Below are positions 56,748 to 64,000 of a stretch of DNA of 64,000 nucleotides, piece after piece (the stretch's first letter is position 1; every line of letters starts with the position of its first letter). The stretch comes from Prochlorococcus sp. AG-363-O15. Lineage in GTDB: Bacteria > Cyanobacteriota > Cyanobacteriia > PCC-6307 > Cyanobiaceae. Position numbers and translations under genes: made by a program. Below the pieces are notes generated by a model, which searched no databases, was not told where the DNA came from, and saw only the letters and a program-made list of their open reading frames with translations. The stretch is from positions 55,450 through 119,449 of the forward strand of contig QCFZ01000003.1 in assembly GCA_003278255.1 (NCBI GenBank). Direction: 5' to 3'.

Positions 56748-57395
56748 ATGACTGGAAAACCTCAAAGCAATACAACAAAACTCCGTTGGCAAGGTCTTCA
56801 ACGTCGCATAGGACTCACTGGCGGCATTGCCAGCGGGAAAAGCACTGTGGGTAAATTTCTAGCTTCGAATTATTCCTTACCAATCATTGATGCTGATATT
56901 CTTGCTAAAGAAACACTTGCACCTGGACAAAGTGCTACAAATGCTGTACTGGCAAGATATGGAAAAGCAATAGTCTCAGAACAAATAAATGATTTCATAA
57001 CAATCAATCGTTCAAAATTAGGTGAAATAATCTTTAACGACCCTAGAGAAAAAGAATGGATTGAGAAACTTACTCATCCTATTATTTACACTAAGCTAAA
57101 TAAGGAGCTAAGTTATCATAAAAAAGCACCTATTTTAGTGTTGATAATTCCATTACTATTTGAGGCAGGTCTTATGGAATTATGCAGCGAAATCTGGCTT
57201 ATAAGCTGCACAAAAAAAGAGCAGATAAATCGATTATTAGCCAGAGATGGAGGTTCAAAGAAAGAAGCTTATTCAAAAATTGGTGCTCAATGGCCTCTAG
57301 AAAAAAAAGCAAGCTTAGCCGACTTTGTAATAGATAATAATAGCAATCATAAAAAACTATTTGACCAGGTAGTGAGATTTTTAGGCAACCACTAG
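56748..57395 (+). CDS. coaE: Dephospho-CoA kinase
   Basis: The P-loop IGLTGGIASGKST lies at the N-terminus. Confidence 0.9.
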   Translation: MTGKPQSNTTKLRWQGLQRRIGLTGGIASGKSTVGKFLASNYSLPIIDADILAKETLAPGQSATNAVLARYGKAIVSEQINDFITINRSKLGEIIFNDPREKEWIEKLTHPIIYTKLNKELSYHKKAPILVLIIPLLFEAGLMELCSEIWLISCTKKEQINRLLARDGGSKKEAYSKIGAQWPLEKKASLADFVIDNNSNHKKLFDQVVRFLGNH

Positions 57396-58870
57396 CTATT
57401 TAATTTCTCAACTAAGATCTTATTTGCTAATTTAGGGTCAGCTTTACCTTCAGTTTTTTTCATAAGTTGACCAACAAAGAAACCTTGCAGTTTTTTCTTG
57501 CCCGACCTATAAGCATCTACTTCTTTTGGATGAGTTTTAAGCAACTCATCAATAATAGTAGTTAAAAGCTTAGTATCACTAATCATGCCAAGACCACGTT
57601 TATCAACGATTGCTTGTGGTGATCCTCCTTTGGCTAAAAGTTCAGGAAGAATTTCTTTTGCAATCTTTCCACTTATTTTTCCAGTGTTAATCATTTGAAT
57701 CATTTCCGCTAAATATTTAGGCAAAAAAGGCAAGCTGTCATAATTCAACCTATTTATATTTACATAAGCTGCAATATCTCCTGTTATCCAATTTGATGCT
57801 CCCTTCGCATCTGCACCAGCCGCAACAACCTCTTCAAAATAAACAGCCATTAAATATTCATCAGTCAATACTCTTGCATCATATGCAGATAACCCAAATT
57901 CTTTTGCATATCTATGTCTTTTTTGTGCTGGTAATTCAGGAAGTTCTGAAACCCAGCTATTAAGAAGGTCCTGACTTACTTTAATAGGACCAAGATCAGG
58001 GTCAGGAAAATAACGATAGTCACTACTCCCTTCTTTTGAACGCATACTCTTAGTCAATTGCTTACTTTCATCCCAAAGACGTGTTTCTTGACATACCTTT
58101 TCTCCTGTTTCATAAGCATTAATTTGTCGTTGAATTTCATATTCACATGCTTTCTGAATTGCTGAGAATGAATTCATATTCTTAATTTCAACTTTTGTTC
58201 CAAATGGAGCATCTGAACCACGTCTTACAGAAATATTGACATCACAACGTAATGAACCTTCTTGCATATTCCCATCAGAAACTCCTAAGTAACGCATAAT
58301 CCTACGAATCTCAGATGCGTACTCTGCAGCTTCTCTTCCTGTACGAAGATCAGGCTTACTAACAATCTCTGCCAAAGCTACTCCAGCTCGGTTGTAGTCG
58401 ACCAATGAATGAGTAGATCCAGCAAGCCTGTCACTTCCTGCATGAACTAACTTCCCAGCATCTTCTTCCATATGCAAACGCTCTATACCTATCTTTTTTA
58501 AATAAGTCTCTTTACCTTTCTCGGCAACCTCAACTTCAATCCACCCATCTTCGGCAATTGGTTCGTCAAACTGAGAAATTTGATAGTTCTTAGGTAAATC
58601 CGGATAAAAATATTGCTTTCTATCGAACTTACTGTTCTTGGCAACTTTCAAATTCAAAGCCAAAGCTGCTTTAACGGCATATTCAAGTACTTTCTCATTC
58701 AAAACAGGCAATGTTCCGGGAAGTCCACAAACGATCGGATCAATATGAGTATTCGGAGCATCACCAAAAGCCGTAGAAGCTTCAGTAAAAATTTTGCTCT
58801 TAGTAGCTAACTGAACATGGGTCTCCAAGCCAATGACAGCTTCCCAAGCAATCTCAGGTTCTGGCATCAC
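57392..58870 (-). CDS. gatB: Asp-tRNA(Asn)/Glu-tRNA(Gln) amidotransferase subunit B
   Basis: WEAVIGLETHVQL N-terminus and a GatB/YqeY C-terminal domain; 492 aa. Confidence 0.95.
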   Translation of the reverse strand: MMPEPEIAWEAVIGLETHVQLATKSKIFTEASTAFGDAPNTHIDPIVCGLPGTLPVLNEKVLEYAVKAALALNLKVAKNSKFDRKQYFYPDLPKNYQISQFDEPIAEDGWIEVEVAEKGKETYLKKIGIERLHMEEDAGKLVHAGSDRLAGSTHSLVDYNRAGVALAEIVSKPDLRTGREAAEYASEIRRIMRYLGVSDGNMQEGSLRCDVNISVRRGSDAPFGTKVEIKNMNSFSAIQKACEYEIQRQINAYETGEKVCQETRLWDESKQLTKSMRSKEGSSDYRYFPDPDLGPIKVSQDLLNSWVSELPELPAQKRHRYAKEFGLSAYDARVLTDEYLMAVYFEEVVAAGADAKGASNWITGDIAAYVNINRLNYDSLPFLPKYLAEMIQMINTGKISGKIAKEILPELLAKGGSPQAIVDKRGLGMISDTKLLTTIIDELLKTHPKEVDAYRSGKKKLQGFFVGQLMKKTEGKADPKLANKILVEKLNS

Positions 58871-58968
58871 AATCGTAATAGATGCATAAATACTATGGAA
58901 TTAACCTTAGGTCCATCACACCAGGCTAACCATTAAACACTGATCAAAATTCGAAAAGGAAAACAAGA

Positions 58969-60081
58969 GTGGCAGTTTCCACAGCAAGTCCATTGCTAAT
59001 ACTTGGAGGTGGCCTGATAGGCCTTTCAATAGCTCATGAACTTGCTCGCAAAGGAAAAAAAGTTGAAGTTCTAAGTCGACGACGCAATGAAGCTGCGGGG
59101 TTTGTCGCAGCAGGAATGCTTGCTCCGCATGCAGAAGGTCTCAAGGACGATCTGCTTAGCCTTGGCCAATCAAGTCTCAATCGAATTCCTAGTTGGGTAC
59201 AAAAAATAGAACTAGATAGTGGCATGAAGTGCGGACTAAAGAAATGTGGAATTGTGGTGCCTTTTCAAACAATTTCAGAACTTGAGGCATATCCCACTGC
59301 AAACTTTGGGAAAGTTCTCATCCGTCGAGAACTAGAAACAGAAATACCTGGAATAGCTCCTCATTGGAAGCATGGATTGTTATTCAATCAAGACGGACAA
59401 ATAGATAATCGTCGTCTACTAATGAGGGCACTTGAAAAAGCATGTGTTAGTTTAGGAGTACATTTTCAAGAAGGTATTGAAGTTCTTGATCTAATAAGAA
59501 ATCATAAGACATTTGAAGGCGTAAGAATTAGAGATGCAGAAGGGAAGCTGAAAAATATCTTTTGCAAAGAAGCCGTTTTATGCTGTGGAGCCTGGAGCAG
59601 GAAATTAGTCCAACAAATACCTATCTTCCCAGTGAAAGGGCAAATGCTATCAATCCAAGGTCCACGAAATGCATTAAAAAGAATCATTTTTGGACCAGGA
59701 ACTTATCTAGTCCCCCGTGAAGATGGCCTCATTGTAGTTGGGGCTACCAGTGAAAAAGATGCAGAATTTCGAGAAGGATTAACTCCGGCTGGACAAAATG
59801 AACTGCAAAAAGGCATTGAAAATCTACTTCCCGATGCTAGAAAATGGCCGCCGATGGAAAGATGGTGGGGATTTAGACCATGTACTCCCGATGAAAACCC
59901 ATTGTTAGGTAAATCAGACTTGGAAGGCCTTTGGTTGGCTTCAGGTCACTATAGAAATGGAGTATTACTTGCAGCTATAACTTCCGAATTAATTAGAAAA
60001 TGCATTTGCAAAGAAGAGTTGAATAAAAACGATGCTGAATATTTATCTAAATTCAACATCAAGCGTTTTAATAATTTATAG
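58969..60081 (+). CDS. thiO: FAD-dependent glycine oxidase (DAO family)
   Basis: N-terminal FAD fold ILGGGLIGLSIAHELARKG and DAO-family layout; GTG start. Confidence 0.7.
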   Translation: MAVSTASPLLILGGGLIGLSIAHELARKGKKVEVLSRRRNEAAGFVAAGMLAPHAEGLKDDLLSLGQSSLNRIPSWVQKIELDSGMKCGLKKCGIVVPFQTISELEAYPTANFGKVLIRRELETEIPGIAPHWKHGLLFNQDGQIDNRRLLMRALEKACVSLGVHFQEGIEVLDLIRNHKTFEGVRIRDAEGKLKNIFCKEAVLCCGAWSRKLVQQIPIFPVKGQMLSIQGPRNALKRIIFGPGTYLVPREDGLIVVGATSEKDAEFREGLTPAGQNELQKGIENLLPDARKWPPMERWWGFRPCTPDENPLLGKSDLEGLWLASGHYRNGVLLAAITSELIRKCICKEELNKNDAEYLSKFNIKRFNNL

Positions 60082-60127
60082 AATTAGATTGTTAAATAAT
60101 TAAAATCATATATAGATTTCCACTAAC

Positions 60128-60583
60128 TCATTCCACTCTCCAAGATTGATCAGTTGGAGTCCAATCATTTAATTCTGAAGGATCAAACCACAAAGAAATT
60201 TCGAAATTAGCAGTTTCCAATCCATCAGACCCATGAATGACATTACGTCCAATGTTGACAGCTAAATCACCTCGAATAGTTCCAGGCGCGGCCTCTAAAG
60301 GTTTAGTCGCCCCAATAAGGTTCCTGGCACTAGCAATAACCCCATCACCTTCCCAAACCATTGCCACTACAGGGCCACTAGTAATGAAATCGACTAAACC
60401 TCCAAAAAAAGGTCGCTCACGATGAACCCCATAATGCTTTTCTGCTAAATCACGACTAGGGGTTAATTGCTTAAGCGCTATTAACTTAAAGCCCTTTCGT
60501 TCGAATCGTGTCAAAACTTCCCCAATCAAGCCTCTTTGAACCCCATCAGGTTTAATCGCAATAAAAGTCCGTTCAGCAACCAT
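60128..60583 (-). CDS. ndk: Nucleoside diphosphate kinase
   Basis: [16 protein letters not shown] and the active-site NVIHGSD are present. I prefer the ATG at 60583 (MVAERTF). Confidence 0.95.
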   Translation of the reverse strand: MVAERTFIAIKPDGVQRGLIGEVLTRFERKGFKLIALKQLTPSRDLAEKHYGVHRERPFFGGLVDFITSGPVVAMVWEGDGVIASARNLIGATKPLEAAPGTIRGDLAVNIGRNVIHGSDGLETANFEISLWFDPSELNDWTPTDQSWRVE

Positions 60584-60702
60584 GACAAAAATCAATCACA
60601 ATCAAGCCATAGTCTTCTGCGACATGCCCTCTTGGCAAGCAAAAAGATTGCATCCAAAGCAAAGATTCGCACTTTCCCTGTAATGCTTCTAGAAAACAAC
60701 AA

Positions 60703-62673
60703 ATGGCAAATGCAGTAACGGCTAGTAAAAGCCCAATGGAAGAGTCTCTTCCTTCAGAAAATAATTGGACCATAGCTGAGAGCTCAGCTTTATATGGTTT
60801 AGATCGATGGGGAGGAAAGTATTTCTCAATAAACAAACTTGGTCATATAAAGGTTAGTCCAAATGGAGAACCAAGCCAAAGTCTTGATTTAATGGCTTTA
60901 GTAAAAGAATTAGAAAGTCGAAATCTTAGACTGCCATTACTAATTCGTTTTGACGATATTTTAGAAAGCAGGTTAGAAGAACTAAATAATGCATTTAAAC
61001 AAGCAATTGTTACATACAGATACAAAGGAATTTATCAAGGAGTATTTCCAATTAAATGCAATCAACAAAGGCATGTTGTTGAAGAATTAATGACCTGTGG
61101 GCGCAAATGGCATTTTGGATTAGAGGTAGGAAGCAAAGCTGAGCTTTTAATAGCACTTTCTCTAATTGAAGATACTAAAGCTTTATTAATTTGCAATGGA
61201 TACAAAGATCAAAAATATATCGAGACGTCAATACTTGCTAGAAAACTTGGTAGAAAACCTGTAATAGTAATCGAACAGATTGATGAAGTCGAAAGAATAA
61301 TTTTAGGTAGTAAACAGTTAGGCGCAGCCCCACTAATTGGGATCAGAGCCAAGTTGTCTAGTAAGGGCAGCGGTCGCTGGGGTACTTCTATAGGTGAAAA
61401 TGCAAAATTCGGATTATCTATTCCGGACATTTTGACAACTGTTGAAAAACTACGTACAGCTAACTTATTAAATGAATTAAAGCTATTACACTTCCACGTA
61501 GGCAGTCAAATCAATGATATTGCAATTCTAAAAGATGCTTTACAAGAAGCTAGTCAAATCTATGTTGAATTAAAACGTCTAGGTGCACCCATGGGATATC
61601 TTGATGTTGGAGGTGGCTTAGGGGTTGATTATGATGGAAGCCAAACAGCAACTACAGCATCTACAAACTATTCCTTACAAAATTATGCTAATGATGTAGT
61701 CGCAACGATACAAGAATGTTGCAAATCTAATGGCATTGAAGTGCCAACACTAGTAAGCGAAAGTGGTAGAGCCATTGCCAGTCACTTCTCGGTTCTAGTC
61801 TTCAATATATTAGGAACAGATTCATTATGCAATGATATACCCTTAGAGAATAAGGATGAATGCGCATCTGTTCGCAATCTCAGAGAGACGCTATCAATTA
61901 TAAAAGAATTATCAAAAAACTCAGAAATAGATATTTCAAAACTTCAAGAAGCATGGAATGATGCAATTAAGTTTAAAGATGATGCACGTGTAGCTTTTAG
62001 ATTGGGATATCTAGGATTACATGATAGAGCCATTGCAGAAGAATTAAGCTGGGCTTGCGCAAGAGAACTTGTATGTTGCGTGCCTCATGAAGAACTAATT
62101 CCAGAAGAATTAAAAACATTACGCTCATCTCTTGCTTCAACCTACTATGCCAATCTATCAATTTTTCGATCAGCACCTGACACTTGGGCTATTGAACAAC
62201 TGTTCCCAATAATGCCTATACATAGATTAAATGAAGAACCAGATCAGTTGGGCAGTTTTGCTGATTTAACTTGCGATTCAGATGGAAAGCTGGGAAGATT
62301 TATCAACAATGGAAAAATTAAACATTTACTTGAACTTCACAAGCTAAAACCAAATGAAGATTATTTAATAGGGATGTTCTTAGGAGGTGCCTATCAAGAA
62401 GTGATGGGAAATCTTCATAATCTATTTGGAAGCACAAATGCTGTCCATATCCGCTTATCAACAAAAGGCAAGTACCAAGTTGACCATGTAGTACGTGGAA
62501 ATACAAAATCTGATGTACTTCAAGCAATGGAGCATGATCCTGAACAACTACTAGAGAGATTGCGTATGGCTAGTGAATCAGCGATTCAACTGGGAACATT
62601 AAAAATAAAAGATGCTCAACGTCTAATGGAGCATTTAGAGAATACTTTGCATCAAAGCACTTATCTTCAATAA
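60703..62673 (+). CDS. speA: Biosynthetic arginine decarboxylase
   Basis: W..ESSALYGLDRWGGKYFSIN N-terminus, PLP site FPIKCNQ, and HFHVGSQ. Confidence 0.9.
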   Translation: MANAVTASKSPMEESLPSENNWTIAESSALYGLDRWGGKYFSINKLGHIKVSPNGEPSQSLDLMALVKELESRNLRLPLLIRFDDILESRLEELNNAFKQAIVTYRYKGIYQGVFPIKCNQQRHVVEELMTCGRKWHFGLEVGSKAELLIALSLIEDTKALLICNGYKDQKYIETSILARKLGRKPVIVIEQIDEVERIILGSKQLGAAPLIGIRAKLSSKGSGRWGTSIGENAKFGLSIPDILTTVEKLRTANLLNELKLLHFHVGSQINDIAILKDALQEASQIYVELKRLGAPMGYLDVGGGLGVDYDGSQTATTASTNYSLQNYANDVVATIQECCKSNGIEVPTLVSESGRAIASHFSVLVFNILGTDSLCNDIPLENKDECASVRNLRETLSIIKELSKNSEIDISKLQEAWNDAIKFKDDARVAFRLGYLGLHDRAIAEELSWACARELVCCVPHEELIPEELKTLRSSLASTYYANLSIFRSAPDTWAIEQLFPIMPIHRLNEEPDQLGSFADLTCDSDGKLGRFINNGKIKHLLELHKLKPNEDYLIGMFLGGAYQEVMGNLHNLFGSTNAVHIRLSTKGKYQVDHVVRGNTKSDVLQAMEHDPEQLLERLRMASESAIQLGTLKIKDAQRLMEHLENTLHQSTYLQ

Positions 62674-62676
62674 CGC

Positions 62677-64000
62677 TTAAGAGAAAGCTTTTATAAGATT
62701 TTCCGTTGCCATTTCTAAAGAAAAATCTAGCTTAGATCCATCTCTTCCCCCCGCTTGAGCAAGATTTGCACGGCCACCACCACCACCACCACAGTGTTTA
62801 GCAATAGAACCAATAAAATGTCCAGCCTTTAATCCATACGAGATAACGTTTTTACCAAAAGCAGCTACAAAAATAACTTTATTGAAATTCTGAGAATCTG
62901 GTATACCACCAAAGATAACTGCAGAATTATCTCCTAATTGCTCTAATAAGCTCAATGCAGAAGCTTGCATTGCACCACCTTCGACTCCGTCAAAACGTTT
63001 AACAATAAATTGACTCTTACCAATAACCTTTACTTCATTCGCATATGCACTTGCTTTTAAAATAGCTAATTCTTGAAGAGTTGACCTAAGCATCTTATGA
63101 GATGTTTTGATTTCATTTTGCATTGCCAAAACTCTTTCGACTATTTCTATTGGCTGAATTTTTAAACAAGTCATCAACTGTTTTACTACTTCATCTCTTT
63201 TATTCAAATAGTGTAAAACTGCTGGTCCAGCAATTGCTTCAATCCTACGTATGCCAGCAGCAATACCTATCTCGGCAACAATTTTGAAGACACCTATTTC
63301 CGCTGTATTTGCAACATGTGTGCCTCCACAAAGCTCCATAGACACTCCGGGTACATCAACAACTCGAACAACTTCACCATATTTTTCTCCAAACATAGCA
63401 AGTGCACCAATCTTTTTTGCCTCCTGAATAGTCATATTTTTCACTTGAAGTATATGCGCTTCCAAAATCCAGGAATTAATCAAATCTTCAATCTGATCCA
63501 ATTCGCCCAAAGTTAAAGCTCGAGATAAATTAAAATCAAACCTTAAACGATCAAAATTTACTAATGATCCGGCTTGACTAATATTAGGGTCTACAATTTT
63601 TTTTAACGCAGCTTGTAAAAGATGAGTCGCTGTATGATTTGCTTGAGCTTTTCTTCTACTCACGTTATCAACTCTGGTTATAACATCATCTCCAACTTCT
63701 AAAGTGCCTCTTTGAACAGATCCACTATGTACAAAAACACCATTACTTCTACGAACAGAATCTATATGAACATAGGATTTATCATGTTCTAAATTATTAG
63801 AAAAAAGCACACCACAATCACCAACCTGTCCACCTCCCTCACCATAAAAGGTTGTCTTATCTAATATTATCTCAACTTTATCGCCAGAAGAGCCTTTACT
63901 AGAAGATTGACCATTTACTACAAGCGCTTTAACAACACTTTGTTCCTCTAGCTTAAGATAGCCTTCAAAAATTGTTGGATCTAATCGGTTGCTAATTTGT
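62677..64000 (-). CDS. alaS: Alanine--tRNA ligase, C-terminal ~440 codons (5' part lies beyond the window)
   Basis: The frame stays open to nt 64000, and hand translation upstream of the track's GTG gives ..TTFYGEGGGQVGDCG... The editing-domain motif HTATHLL, the CGGTH motif and the C-terminal GGGGGG are present. Confidence 0.9.
   Translation of the reverse strand, partial: QISNRLDPTIFEGYLKLEEQSVVKALVVNGQSSSKGSSGDKVEIILDKTTFYGEGGGQVGDCGVLFSNNLEHDKSYVHIDSVRRSNGVFVHSGSVQRGTLEVGDDVITRVDNVSRRKAQANHTATHLLQAALKKIVDPNISQAGSLVNFDRLRFDFNLSRALTLGELDQIEDLINSWILEAHILQVKNMTIQEAKKIGALAMFGEKYGEVVRVVDVPGVSMELCGGTHVANTAEIGVFKIVAEIGIAAGIRRIEAIAGPAVLHYLNKRDEVVKQLMTCLKIQPIEIVERVLAMQNEIKTSHKMLRSTLQELAILKASAYANEVKVIGKSQFIVKRFDGVEGGAMQASALSLLEQLGDNSAVIFGGIPDSQNFNKVIFVAAFGKNVISYGLKAGHFIGSIAKHCGGGGGGRANLAQAGGRDGSKLDFSLEMATENLIKAFS

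Noticed and set aside
62772-62793. CCA-CCA-CCA... trinucleotide run (GGTGGT on the minus strand)
   Set aside because: It encodes the conserved C-terminal poly-Gly (CGGGGGGRANLAQAGG) of AlaRS and is not a microsatellite or regulatory repeat.
1-64000. CRISPR arrays, rRNA genes, prophage structural genes, known defence systems (RM, CBASS, Abi, TA with recognisable folds)
   Set aside because: I saw no repeat-spacer periodicity, no rRNA signatures and no recognisable defence-protein motifs on either strand.

Overview
A densely packed (~90% coding), low-GC 64 kb chromosomal segment. I read it as a marine picocyanobacterium, most likely Prochlorococcus. The evidence is psbX, an HLIP gene, ycf66- and ycf19/yggT-like genes, sufBCDS, a circularly permuted two-piece tmRNA gene and very short intergenic spacers. 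No similarity search or HMM could be run, so every product call rests on motif recognition in the supplied translations and my own reading of the DNA.

Most of the window is core housekeeping:
- Transport: ktrAB-like K+ uptake, an SLC13 permease, an ABCD-type ABC transporter.
- Fe-S assembly: sufBCDS.
- CoA metabolism: coaX, coaE, a PPTase.
- Other: cysH, pgm, accC, smc, argJ, gatB, thiO, ndk, speA, alaS, def, rpsU, msrB, hflX, anmK.

Features the ORF track misses or misrepresents:
- A permuted ssrA (about 47025..47300), hidden under a spurious 83-aa ORF.
- A tRNA-Leu whose anticodon reads AAG (37158..37239).
- A cobalamin riboswitch in front of a HupE/UreJ transporter (about 55285..55415).
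- rpsU and psbX.
- Several conserved-looking small ORFs under 60 aa.

The most accessory-looking region is an AT-rich block of about 7 kb between ssrA and hupE/argJ. It holds a GT4 glycosyltransferase, five orphan secreted or membrane ORFs, and a 719-aa TPR plus SGNH-hydrolase-like protein. It looks like a cell-surface-modification island at the tmRNA hotspot, but it has no integrase, transposase or visible att repeat.

Other points worth a second look:
- A RarA/MgsA ATPase fused to a ~300-aa methyltransferase-fold-like tail, with a perfect 16-bp palindrome over its annotated start.
- A 22-bp perfect hairpin at 20682..20730.
- A Nif11-leader-like peptide that ends GG-L with no core peptide.
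- A twin ECITxC mini-protein.
- A possible NblA-like ORF and a standalone LigD-phosphoesterase-like ORF next to smc.

I saw no CRISPR array, IS element or rRNA.
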